From NCBI RefSeq assembly GCF_006345805.1, contig NC_043018.1, forward strand, positions 26,040,001-26,104,000: DNA of 64,000 bases, written 5' to 3'. Positions 1 through 11,111 of the stretch are shown here, piece after piece. The stretch is from Octopus sinensis. Taxonomy: Eukaryota. Each line of letters begins with the position of its first letter. The stretch's first letter is position 1. The position numbers and the translations under genes were made by a program. The notes beneath the pieces were generated by a model. The model searched no databases. It saw only the letters and a program-made list of their open reading frames with translations, and was not told the DNA's origin.

Positions 1-128
1 TCTTCTGTTGGCCTGCTCACTTAGCCAGCGAAGTGGCGTCATTCGAAGGCTAAAACAATGCAAACGCATTGTGACCAGCGATGTGTAACAACATCTGATG
101 GTCTGGTCAGTCATGTGATCACGTGATA
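1..128 (+). mobile_element. SINE family D, 3' part (head outside window)
   Basis: Same sequence as 18946-19068 and the reverse complement of 44855-44970; ends in GTGATCACGTGAT then (TA)n. Confidence 0.8.
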
Positions 129-535
129 TATGAATATATATATGAATATATATATATGTGTGTGTGTGTGTGCGTATATATATATATATGCATATATAGT
201 GTGTGTTCATGTGCACGGTGCCATTATACATGGGACCAATAAAAAAATACCCATCTCATGAGAGATAGATATCATTTGATATACAACGGACTTAAATGCA
301 AGCTACTATTAGTTTCATGCCTCTGATAATACAATGGTTGGCCGAGATGGTATTGCATGCCATATATATGTGTGTGTGTGTGTGTAGGTGTACAAATTGG
401 TTTGGATCACATCAGTCATGCTTATTAGTTCAGTAGCTTCCAGCATGTGATTTGCTAGCAGATTAGGTACATTAATAAAGTAATAAATTAATTAGTCAAT
501 TGGTAGTATTTCCATTTTGTCATTCCCTTATAAAA

Positions 536-635
536 TTAAGAATGATTATTTAATGATGTCAAGTACTCCACAACACCAGCCTCAGTAGTGATATTAGTTA
601 TGTACGCCATGTGGTAAACAAAAATAATATATATA
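536..635 (-). CDS. Candidate terminal exon (IYIIFVYHMAYITNITTEAGVVEYLTSLNNHS*)
   Basis: Strong minus-strand acceptor ccattttctcttcgtttcctttcag followed by 32 open codons; no partner exon or homology recognised. Confidence 0.15.
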
Positions 636-894
636 CTGAAAGGAAACGAAGAGAAAATGGCAGTTTAATCCATGCTATTGGAATATCTGTTGCATGGATT
701 AATTTACCATTTCCCATTCATATCCTTTTATGATACATAAAAGCCCTGCGAGTGGACTTGGTAGATGGAAACTGAAAGAAGCCTCATGTATACATCTTCA
801 TGTATAAAGGGAGCTATGGCCAATCTGTGGGATTATCCAGGGTTTCATGTCCACGAAGCACTTAGCCATAACTATGTTTCTTTAAATGTATATA

Positions 895-1072
895 TATTTT
901 TTTTCCTCTGTCTTCCCTTCTCGGGATCTTTCCTTCTCCTTTGTTTCCGACGAAGAGCTCAGCTTGAAACGTTAAACGTTCTTCCCTTCTTTCCTGAGCG
1001 TCCAATAATACTTTATTTGTTCCATGTCCTCGCGTTGGTGTGTTTTTTTTGTGTTTTCTTGTTTGGATTAAC
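895..1072 (+). mobile_element. Short TA-flanked element, family E (hammerhead-bearing, Penelope-like candidate)
   Basis: Homologous to 11107-11330 (-) and 28312-28520 (+); (TA)n on both sides. Confidence 0.75.
943..977 (+). ncRNA. Minimal type I hammerhead-like motif (CCGACGA core)
   Basis: GTTT-CCGACGA-A-GAGC-TCA-GCTT-GAAAC-GTT-AAAC: stem I GTTT/AAAC, stem II GAGC/GCTT, palindromic ACGT helix III. Confidence 0.55.
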
Positions 1073-1089
1073 TATATATATATATATAT

Positions 1090-1528
1090 TCTTTTTTCTT
1101 TTATTCTTTTATTTGTTTCAGTCATTTGACTGCGACCATGCTGGAGCACCACCTTTTAGTTGACTTATTCCTTTGGAAGCCTAGTACTTATTCTATCAGC
1201 CTCTCTTACTGAACCGCTAAGTTACAGGGATATAAACAACCCAGCATCGATTGTGAAGCAATGTTAGGGGGACAAACACAGACACACAAACATATACACA
1301 TACATACATACATACATACATATACATATATATATATATATAATATATATATATATATATACACATGATGGGCTTCTTTCCATTTCCATTTACCACATCC
1401 ACTCACAAGGCTTTGGTCAGCCTGAGGCTATAGTAGATGACACTTGCTGAAGGTGCCATGCAGTGGGACTGAACCTAGAACCATGTAGTTGGTAAGCAAG
1501 CTACTTACCACACAGCCACTCTTGTGCC
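1090..1528 (-). mobile_element. tRNA-derived SINE family A, near full length
   Basis: tRNA-like head (tggtaagtagcttgc...ggttctaggttcagtccc on minus), central (TA)/(CA) tract, family tail ...gctccagcatggtcgcagtcaaatgactgaaac. Confidence 0.9.
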
Positions 1529-1547
1529 TATATTGTTGTTGTTGTTT

Positions 1548-1845
1548 TTCCTTCTCAACCAATGCCTGGCTCATAAGGGCCGGTTTCCCGGTTTCATTGG
1601 CATATAGGTTCCCCACCTGGAAGGGACGCTGGTCCATCGCAGGTGAGCTTCTAGATGCAGGAGGAAAGAATGACAGAAAGTTGTGGCAAAAGAGTCAGCA
1701 GAAGTTTGCTATTACCTTTCTGCTGGAGCCATGTGGAGCTTAGGTGCTTCACTCATAAACAGCCACATAGCCTGGTCCAAGATTTGAACCTGCAATCCCT
1801 CAACTGCGAGTCCACTGCTGTAACCATTAGGCTATGTGCCTCCAC
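1548..1845 (-). mobile_element. tRNA-derived SINE (D-type head, alternative body)
   Basis: Homologous to 21000-21288; head with A/B boxes and ggactcgc loop on minus. Confidence 0.8.
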
Positions 1846-1910
1846 CCTGTGCCTATATACATAGCTCCAAATTATTTTCTTGCAAACACAAAATTTTCGA
1901 AACTCTAAAC

Positions 1911-2105
1911 CAATGGTTCCCAACTTAGGGTCTGTAGACCCCTGATGGTGCGCAAAGGCAGTACTGAGGGTCCATGAACTAAATTAAAAATGTGTATAGA
2001 TATATATATATATCTATACACACACATAAAGATAAGCATATTAAAAGGGGTCCCTGGAAAACTCATTTAAATGAAATGGTTGGGAAACACTGTTAGGAGT
2101 CACTG
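1911..2105. mobile_element. hAT (Charlie-like) MITE
   Basis: Termini caatggttcccaac / ggttgggaaacactg...cactg; near-identical 8-bp flanks ctctaaac (1903-1910) and ctctaacc (2106-2113). Confidence 0.7.
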
Positions 2106-2324
2106 CTCTAACCAATAGATTTTTTTTTTACAGTGGTTGATACTTTTGTGAGTATGTTTTTTAATAGTGAACTACTCTGTGACTTTTAATTAATTTTGTA
2201 AATTGGGATTTATTGAAATAATTTTTCATTTATTAATTTGGTGTTTGGAACCAACTTGATGAAGGATTATTGCATAATATTAAGGTGCCAGATTTTGATT
2301 TAAATCCTCCCCCTCCTCCTCCTC

Positions 2325-2600
2325 ATCATCATTTAACATCCGCTTACCATGCTGGCATATGTTGGATAGTTTGATAGGAGCTGGCAAGCCAGAAGACTGC
2401 ATCTAGCTTCACTGTTCTGGAATGGTTTTTACAGCCAGATGCCCGTCCTAATGCCAACCACTTTACAGTGTGGACTGGCTGCTTTCTACATGCCACCAGC
2501 ACTGACAGGGTTTGTTTTGGCATGGTTTTTTTTATGGTTATATGTCCTTCCTAATGTCGACCACTTTACAGAGTGGACTAATTGCATTTTATATGGGACC
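2325..2600 (-). mobile_element. SINE family C with (ATG)n tail, degenerate
   Basis: catcat tail plus ggatgcccttcctaa/gccaaccact-type motif shared with about 15 copies in the window. Confidence 0.75.
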
Positions 2601-2609
2601 AGCAGCAGT

Positions 2610-2982
2610 GGAGGTGCAATGGCCCAATGGTTAGGGCAGCGTACTCGCGTTCAGAGGATCTCGGTTTCGGTTCCCAGACCAGGTGTTGTGTGTGTGTTTA
2701 TTGAGCAAAGACACCTAAAGCTCCACGAAGCTCCGTCAGGGGGTGGTGGCGACCCCTGTTATACTCTTTCACCTCAACTTTCTTCCTGTTTCTTGTCCCC
2801 GACTTCCTACGCAACCGCTGAGCCTGGATGCGCATTTATCCATCTGTTGATGCTCTCGGTGTCGGGGGTTGACCTGCTCTCTCTTCTGCGGGTCTTACGA
2901 ATAGCAAAAGACCACGTTTCTGACTTCTCCCACTACAGAGGCACGATCTTGCGAGCTCTGGGACGAAGACCGCTTCACTCAA
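2610..2982 (+). mobile_element. tRNA-derived SINE (D-type head)
   Basis: ggaggtgcaatggcccaatggttagggcagcg...ggtttcggttccc head shared with 44728 and 45149. Confidence 0.8.
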
Positions 2983-3914
2983 CAGCAGCAGCAGCAGCAG
3001 CAAGGTCTGCTTTGGTTTGGTTTTTTTGGTTAAATACCCTTCCTAATGCCAACCACCTTACTGAATGGCCTGGGTGCTTTTTTACATGGCACCAGCACCA
3101 GCGAGGTCTGCTTTGGCATGGTTTTTACAGCTGGATACCCTTCCATATCCAACCACTTTAGTTTGGAATGGAAGCTTTTTACGTGGCACTGGCACTGTAT
3201 ATGAAGCTTTAAAATAGGAGATTTTGTATTGTAGAATTAGAGGTTATCTTGGAGTGGCTGGCATTAAAAGGGTTAATTATAGGCACTAGAAGTAAGGAAT
3301 AAGTTTGATATTGAGAGATTTCCATTTTTATGCAATACAGCTTATCACATGGCTACTAGCTGATTATCATATATTAGCATATATAAAAAGAGACACTTTG
3401 CAAATCTCTTTGGATTGACTTTGATCTTTCTGATATTCCTCGTTAATTACCTGTTGACAATTATTATCACTGCCAGATATTAAGGCCTTATCTTTGAAAT
3501 ACCAATGCATTTAAGTTTGAATATTTAATGAGCTATGCTTTCATTAGCTTCTTCGTTCTTTTATCCTTGCTTTGGTTTCACAGTCATTGGATGGTGGTCA
3601 TACTGGAGCACCGCTTCCAAAGTTTTAGTCAGTCGTATTGTTCCTAGTATTTATTCTCATTTGATACTTATTTTTATTGATGTCTGTTTGCTGAACTGCT
3701 AGGTTATGGGTCGTAAGAAGACACAATATGAACAACACCGATGTAAATATAAATACAGACATGGACACACACATACACACATGCACACACAAATGGATAC
3801 ACACCTCTGTGTGTGTATACCAAATAAGTGTGTGTGGTGTGTGTGTGTATATATCAAATAAGTGTATGTAAGTTTGTGTGATAATCAAGAGGTTAAAGAG
3901 ACAAGGAGGGACAC

Positions 3915-4105
3915 AGGCAGAAACGTTAGCACGCCAGGCGAAATGCGTTACGTTCTGGGTTCAAACCTCGCCGAGGTCGACTTTGCCTTTCATGCTTTTG
4001 GGGTCAATAAATTAAGTACCAGTTTCGCACTGGGGTCGATGTAATCGACTTAATCGACTTGTTTGTCCCCTCTATGTTTAGCCCCTTGTGGGCAGTAAAG
4101 AAATA
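3915..4105 (+). mobile_element. SINE family B
   Basis: gcagaaacgttagcacgcc...gttcaaa..ccgccgaggtcgactttgcctttcat family motif. Confidence 0.85.
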
Positions 4106-4379
4106 TATATTCGATATAGAGTCATATATAACTGGATAAGTGTAGGCGTGGCTGCGTGGTTAAGAAGCTTGCCTCCCAACCACATGGCTTCAGGTTCAGT
4201 CCCATTGTGTGGCACTCTGGGAAAATGTCTTCTATAATAGCCCTGTGTATGAAGATGTCTTAATTACCTTGTCTTGTCCTCTGTTGCTACCATTGCCTTC
4301 TCTTCTGTTGAACCTCGAAGGTCTCTCCTGCAGAATCCACCAGATGAAGTCTTCAGTGTGCGTGTGTGTGTGTGGTAAT

Positions 4380-4590
4380 AACTATAATCCTTGGTTATTG
4401 ATCATTTCATCATGTTGAACTGTTAATCTCTACACATTTCTTTTTTGCTGTCTCCCTCTTTTTTTCTTATTCTCAGTCCTTTCTGTTAAAGAGCGTAGGT
4501 CCGAAATGTCGAAAGCTTTTCCATCCTTTCCAAGTGTCAAACTAATACACCTGTTTGTGGTTCCCCCACCCATTTTTGTCTTTTGTTTCC
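4380..4590 (+). mobile_element. Short element, family G (hammerhead-like motif at 4479-4515)
   Basis: Homologous to 18768-18897 and 61000-61150; CTTT-CTGTTAA-A-GAGC-GTAG-GTCC-GAAATGTC-GAAAG. Confidence 0.55.
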
Positions 4591-4599
4591 TGTAAACCT

Positions 4600-4611
4600 G
4601 AACCCCCTACC

Positions 4612-4652
<41 letters not shown>

Positions 4653-4750
4653 CACTAATGCCACCACCACTACCACTACTACCACCATCACCAACACCAC
4701 CACTACTACCTAAACCACTACTACTACCACCACCACCATCACCACCACCA
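4600..4750. repeat. (CCA)/(CTA) trinucleotide microsatellite
   Basis: Direct reading; source of the poly-P/L and poly-G/S ORFs. Confidence 0.95.
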
Positions 4751-5036
4751 CATGCACACATGTCCTTATGGCTATTCCTTGAGATCAAAGATGATAGTTT
4801 TAAAAAAAACTTTTTTTTATAGTGTTATTGATGATGGATTTTCAGTTTAGTTCTTGCTCAGAAGTTCTTTCCACAAGTGGGACAGATTGTTCCGGATGAA
4901 TGCATGTCTGTGTGAATGTTTTCCATTCTGCACTTTGCTTCGAAAATCACTGAGCTATGAACAGTGTTGTTTATCGCTGTTTCTTGTCACCATACCATCC
5001 AATACCTTTGAGCTTTCTAAGACGAGTGGAATGAAG

Positions 5037-5425
5037 AAACATTTAAGGATTAGCAACAGGGAAGGCATCCAGCTGTAAAACACTGCCTCAGTAATATGTG
5101 ATGCATTCACCTGATCCTGCAAGCATGGGAAAAAATGGATGTAAAACCTAAAGAACAAAAGAACAATGTGCCACAGGCTTCTGCTTAATTTCTGTTTACC
5201 AAATTCTACTTATGAGGAATTTATAGACTTGAATCACATCAGCATAACTGTTTTCTTATATTCTTGCAAATCTCATTCTCTTAATTTAAAGTAATGCTTT
5301 CATTTCAATTCTCTGCAGACAAATTAAATTTCCTGGTCTGATACAGGAATTGTTGATGGAATATTAATGCCATAATTTAAAATACAGTATTTGCTAGAGT
5401 ACAAGACACTCTCAATGATAATGCA
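5037..5425 (+). repeat. Local direct duplication, copy 1 (copy 2 at 6438-6812)
   Basis: Colinear similarity over about 380 bp, including non-SINE sequence. Confidence 0.85.
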
Positions 5426-5638
5426 ACTTTGCTTAATTTCTGTTTACCGAATTCCACTTACAAGAAATTTGTAGACCTGATGCTATAGTACAGGCATAGA
5501 CAGACTTCTTCGATAAGCGGGTCATATAAAACATGGCTTATCATCAGGTGGACGGCTTCACTAAAAAAAAAAATCTAGATTTTCATTGCCATTCAGAAAG
5601 TCTTGCAGGCCAGAGTTTGCTGATTTTATGCTATAACA

Positions 5639-5782
5639 AGAACCCGCTGGCTTGACACCATCAAGAGGGATACCGGAATGGACATAGCCAATCTGAATGA
5701 AGCGGCCCAGGATAGAACTGACTGGAGGACACTGATCCAACGAGTGACCGAGAGTCGACTTCGACTGAGCGGATAGAGAGAG
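5639..5782 (+). mobile_element. 5'-truncated RTE-clade (BovB-like) LINE 3' end with TSD
   Basis: Encodes TRWLDTIKRDTGMDIANLNEAAQDRTDWRTLIQRVTESRLRLSG* (stop 5774-5776), (GA)n tail, 11-bp TSD atgctataaca at 5628-5638 and 5783-5793. Confidence 0.85.
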
Positions 5783-6437
5783 ATGCTATAACAGAAGACA
5801 ACATGCCTGAGGTGCCATGCAGTGGAATTGAACTCGGAACCATGTAGCTGCAGGGCAAACTCTTCGACCACGATAGCAACACTGCACATATTATTCATGA
5901 TCAAAGAGAACGTTTTTTTTTTTTTATCTCAAGGTAGCTTTTATGGTTTCCAAACAATATTAAGATGCAAACTTTTCTTCAAATCTCCCAGATTAATCCT
6001 TACATCATTTGCTTTCTTTACTTTAACCAGTTTAATCTTCCAAAATAAACATTCGGTTTTGTTATCAAAGCTGTTTCCTTTGTTCGCTGTCATCTATGTC
6101 TTCTGTTTCTAGTTTGTACCTTTACCTAAATGTACATTATAATCTTCTCCTGTTTTTTAAAAACAAAATTCTATTATTCTGTTATTCAATTATTCTCTGA
6201 TGTAAACAACTTATTTATTTCACCTGTGTAGAAAAGCGCTACTGACGAGGGAGCCTCTATATACTTGACCGGCTTGAAATAACAGCTAAATCTCTTTCTA
6301 GTCACATGAATAAAGGAAGAACACATCAGATAGTGTAGTTCACTACCTGAAAAATATCCTCCATTCACTCATTTATCTGTTTAAATCATTGCATCGCAGC
6401 CATACTGGGGTATATTTTGTCAATGAAAAGCCTTGCA

Positions 6438-6812
6438 AAACAATTAAGGATTAGCAACTGGAAAAGCATCCAGCCGTAAAATGTTGCCTCAACAATATGT
6501 AATGAATTCATCTGATCCTGCTAGCATGGGAAAAAATAGATGTAAAACCTAACAGCAAAGAAAACATGCCACAGACATCTGCTTAATTTCTGTCTACCAA
6601 ATTCTACTTACAAGGAATTTATAGACCTGAATCTCATCAGCATAACTGTCTTCTTATCTCCTTGCAGTTCTCATTCTCTCAGTTTCAAGTAATGCAGACT
6701 AATTAAATTTCCTAGTCTGACATGAGAATTGTTGATGGAATATTGATGACATGATTTAAAGTACAGTTTTTACTAAAGTACTAAAGTACCAAACAATCTC
6801 ATTTATAATGCG
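6438..6812 (+). repeat. Local direct duplication, copy 2
   Basis: Aligns to 5037-5425. Confidence 0.85.
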
Positions 6813-6879
6813 ATCTCACATCTTCCCACACAGTTTTTCTACCAAAGAATGTGTAAGATATTTTATCCACTAGTCTTTA

Positions 6880-6909
<30 letters not shown>

Positions 6910-6912
<3 letters not shown>

Positions 6913-7070
6913 CATCATCATTGTCCGACCGTGGTCGAGACAACGGTATTTACTATGCTATGCCAGACTTCCCAGTCCATCATAGCATTACGGAGGTCCT
7001 GTTGCTGGATGCCTGCATCCCTGGAGATTACATCAGGGTAGGAGAGTGTGCGCCCTCTGGTATCACGAGG
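6910..7070 (-). mobile_element. LINE (RTE/RTE-X-like) 3' end fragment
   Basis: RGRTLSYPDVISRDAGIQQQDLRNAMMDWEVWHSIV C-terminal pattern, then (ATG)n tail. Confidence 0.7.
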
Positions 7071-7072
7071 CA

Positions 7073-7229
7073 CAGGTGCAGCTGTGTTATAAGAAGTTTG
7101 CTTCCCAGCCACATGGTTGCGGGTTCAATTCCACTGTGGTTCACCTTGGGCAAGTTCCTTTTACTATAGCATCAGGCCAACAAAACCCTTGAGAGTGGGT
7201 TTGGTTGAGGGAAACTGAAATAAGTTCAT

Positions 7230-7277
<48 letters not shown>

Positions 7278-7475
7278 ACACCTCTGCTTGACAACCAGTG
7301 CTGAAGTGCTTACGTCCCTGTAACTTAGCAGTTTGGCAAAAGTGACCAATAGAATTAGTACCAGGCTTTGGAAAAAAAAAAAGCTACTGGGGTTGATTCA
7401 TTCAAGTAAAAACTCTTCGAGGCTCTGCCCCAGCATGACCACAGTTTAATGACTGAGACGAGTAAAAGATAAAAT
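7073..7475 (+). mobile_element. SINE family A
   Basis: Head, CA tract and family tail all present. Confidence 0.85.
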
Positions 7476-7489
7476 ATATATATATATAT

Positions 7490-7878
7490 TCTTTTATTCT
7501 TTTCTTTTATTTGTTCAAGTCATTTGACTGCGGCCATGCTGGAGCACCCCCTTTAGTCGAGCAAATCCACCCTAGGACTTATTCTTTGTAAGCCTAGTAC
7601 TTATTCTATTGGTCCCTTTTCCTGAACTGCTAAGTTACAGGGATGTAAAAACACCAGCATCTGTTGTCAAGCAATGGTGAGGGGAACAAATACAGACACA
7701 CAAACATATACACACACACACACACACATACATATATACAATGGGCTTCTTTCAGTTTCTGTTTACCAAATCCACTCACAAGGCTTTGGTCAGCCCGAGG
7801 CTATAGTAGAAGACACTTGCCCAAGGTGGCATGCAGTGGGACTGAACCCGGGACCATGTGGTTGGTGAGCAACCACAC
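7490..7878 (-). mobile_element. SINE family A (tail-to-tail with the preceding copy)
   Basis: Reverse complement of the family consensus. Confidence 0.9.
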
Positions 7879-7924
7879 ATGATTTGCTTAATGTTGGTGG
7901 TCGATGCCAGTCCCGCCTCACTAG

Positions 7925-8225
7925 TCCCCATGCTGGTGGCATGTAGTGAGGTTGATTTCTGAACTGGGCTGTGTGGTGTGTTCTTGAGCAAGACACTTTA
8001 TTTCATATTTGCCCCAGTTCGCTCAGCTGTAGAAATGAGTAGTGATGTTACTGGTGCCAAGCTGTATCAGCCCCTTTGCCTTTCCCTTGGATAACATTGG
8101 TGGCATGGGGAGGAGGGGAGGCTGGTATGCATGTCTGACTGCTGGTCTTACAAACAACTTAGCCCGGACTTGTGCCTTGGAGGGGAAATTTCTAGGTGCT
8201 ATCCTATAGTCATTCATAATCAAAG
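7925..8225 (+). mobile_element. SINE family F
   Basis: cttgagcaagacactttatttca central motif; homologous to 13010-13370. Confidence 0.7.
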
Positions 8226-8415
8226 GTGAGGAGTCTTTCTTTTTTACCCTTTATTCCACCGACACATGTGCCCTTAATTTAGTTTTCAGACAGGATCTGC
8301 ATCACACAGTGACAAAGTCGGTCCTTAAAATCACAGGCTTTCCCACTGTTTCCAACCACCCAGTTTTACCTGCAACATTCAGGTAGAGCCAAGGATATGA
8401 TGAAATACACTAGTT

Positions 8416-8828
8416 GGATCTTTTCGGTTTGAACGGCAGTTCTTTTCTAGCGGTGTCATATGAAATTGTCACCCATAATCATGACCCTAGTATCAATCTA
8501 TTACATTTCAATCTGTTTTAGGGTTAAGGGTGGGGGGAAGGGTATCTTTTTTTCTTCAGAAATGTAAATAAACCCAATCTGTTTCTTAAACGAGGGACAT
8601 ATTCATACGGCACAGAATGTTTTCACCTCAATAGACATCACTGATTGGTTGAAATTGCAGAAATTGAAGGAAAAAAACAACAAATATCTTACAAACTATA
8701 GAATTTTCTCAATAAGGCCAAGGGAAAGAGATGTTTTATAAACACATTCTACCAGTATACGAAGTTCAAAAGTGTTTAGTTATGTGGAAATTATTTTAAA
8801 AAACTGCCGGTCAAACCGAAAAGACCCC
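8416..8828. mobile_element. MITE with 26-bp TIRs and 8-bp TSD
   Basis: ggatcttttcggtttgaacggcagtt / aactgccggtcaaaccgaaaagaccc (24/26 match); cactagtt at 8408-8415 and 8829-8836. Confidence 0.85.
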
Positions 8829-9215
8829 CACTAGTTTAAGTTGTCACACAGTGAAATCGAACCTGAGACCTATTGATTGCTAAACAAGTTTCTTAACCAT
8901 TGAGCCATGCTATGTCATGAATCATGTAGTTAGTCACAGAATCTTTGTGTCTGACTAAAAGATGGGTTGGCCATGCTGGAACACCTTTAACTTTGATTAT
9001 AGTTCTCCTTGATCAGGGCAGGCTTGGCGTTAATAACAGCAACAACAATAGTTTATTTTTTTATTATGTGTTCTGCAATAAAACATATTCTACATAAACT
9101 GCTCCGACAAATCATCATTAATAGAATTATTCCGTTAGAAATTTCACCTTCTTTCATTTGATAATCATTAATATTAGCTCCACCTATTTCCTGTTTATTC
9201 TTTTACCTGTGACAG

Positions 9216-9313
9216 CTTAAAGCGAAGAAGGTCAGCTGACTCGGCAGACCTCAGACACCAGGAACAACAGAATAATGATTCTTTTACCGTACAGAGATCA
9301 TTGAACAATACTG
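9216..9313 (+). CDS. Candidate internal exon (LKRRRSADSADLRHQEQQNNDSFTVQRSLNNT)
   Basis: Pyrimidine tract + acag acceptor, open frame, ctg|gtgtgt donor; the opposite strand is also open, so strand is uncertain. Confidence 0.25.
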
Positions 9314-9359
9314 GTGTGTGTATGTGTATGTGTGTATGTTTAATCATTGTTGCTTGTAG

Positions 9360-9427
9360 ATGAGTATTGTTTACATGGTGTTCCGCTGAAGGAGTTGGCA
9401 CGGCACAGAATGAGTGAATGCGTTTGA
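9360..9427 (+). CDS. Candidate terminal exon (DEYCLHGVPLKELARHRMSECV*)
   Basis: ttgcttgtag acceptor, phase-compatible with 9216-9313 but intron only 46 nt; followed by A-rich UTR-like sequence with AATAAA. Confidence 0.25.
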
Positions 9428-10239
9428 TGGTGAATGTGGTTCGTGAATGTAAGAGCCAGCCAGCTGCTGTTGATATAATGGATTCCATTTATGAAATTAC
9501 TTGTTCCAGTTGGAAAAAAAAAAACAAAAAAAAAATTAAAACAACCTAAATAAATAAATAAATGAAAATTGGTAAAAAAATAAAAAAACGGGAAATACTT
9601 TGGTCAGCTCCGTGAATAAATATATATAAGCAGCGGCATAAATTGATAAGATTACAAATACTTTGATACTTATGAACAGTATGAAGACCAACAATATTAT
9701 GGTTGGATAATTTAGGAAAAGAACAAAGGTCTGTTGTTTTTCAATCAGCTTAGTTATAAAACCCGTTAAAAAAAAAAACAATAGAAGTAATAACAACAAC
9801 AAACAAACAAACCAACCATTCAACCAATCAACCAACCAACTATTTAGTTGTCAAATATGTTTATGATTTGTTGGTTGCCATCAAATAGCTTTTAGTAAAG
9901 GCCAGCAACAGCATACCTTTTTATTCCATAGTTCTGAAGAACAAAAGATGAAAGCTAAGCTAGCAACATGTTCAGGCTTGCTTTGTTCTTTTGGTTTTGT
10001 GGTGGTTGGTGGTTGGTGGTGGTGGTGGTGGTGGTGTGGAAGTAGACAAAAGTTGATCATAAATTTGAAAAAAAAAAAAAAGTGAAAAAAAAAAAACTTC
10101 CATCTTGAATTTCTGCATGTTTTATGACAGTAGAGGAAACATGCTCAGTCAGACAGGGAGTTCAGTAGAGTTACAGAACAAAGATTTAAATCATGCTATG
10201 CCATTCCTGCAGTGATTGAAATGGTTAGCAAAATTCACT

Positions 10240-10243
10240 GGCT

Positions 10244-10296
<53 letters not shown>

Positions 10297-10386
10297 ATGT
10301 ATGTATGTATGCATGCATGTCTAACTCTCTATATGTGTGTATGTATTCATGTATGTATATCTATCTATCCATCCATCCATCCATCC

Positions 10387-10436
<50 letters not shown>

Positions 10437-10500
10437 ACACACACACATATATATGTATATATATATCTGTCTGTCTATCTGTCAGTCTGTCTGTCTATGT
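10240..10500. repeat. Compound (TA)/(TATG)/(ATCT)/(ATCC) microsatellite
   Basis: Direct reading. Confidence 0.95.
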
Positions 10501-11069
10501 AATATAAGTGCGTGTGAGTGCTTTGTTTTCGATTAAGCGTGGTGCATTGATTTTCTTTTTTTTGTGTGTGTGAAAGATTACAGTGAAACCCAAAGACTCT
10601 GTCTGTGAATCAAAAAAACATTCCAGTTGCATATTTCTAAAAGAATGGATATTGAATTGAAGGAATCATTCAGATCCGCATGCTGATGAGCTAATCATGG
10701 AACAAAGATAATGCTTAAGAACACCTCGTCTTCTGATACATCAGGAGTAAAATAATATGCTTATTGCAGAAAGTTGAATTCTGAAAAAAATGCTAATGTC
10801 GTCATCATCATAATTATCACCATCATCATATCATCATCATCATATATATTCTTTTATTCTTGTACTTGTTTCAGCCATTTGACTGCAGCCATGCTGGAGC
10901 ACCGCCTTCACTCGAACTAATCGACCCCTCCCCACAGGACATATTCTTTGTAAGCCTAGTACTTATTCTATCTGTCCCTTTTGCTGAACTGCCAAGTTAC
11001 GGGGTCATAAACACACCATCAGTTGTCAAGCAATGGTGGGGGGAAAAACACAGGCACACACAGACACAG

Positions 11070-11106
<37 letters not shown>

Positions 11107-11111
<5 letters not shown>

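Noticed and set aside
6240-6300. CTGACGA...GAAA possible hammerhead
   Set aside because: No NUH site or helix I after GAAA; a related copy at 43520-43570 lacks the CTGANGA core
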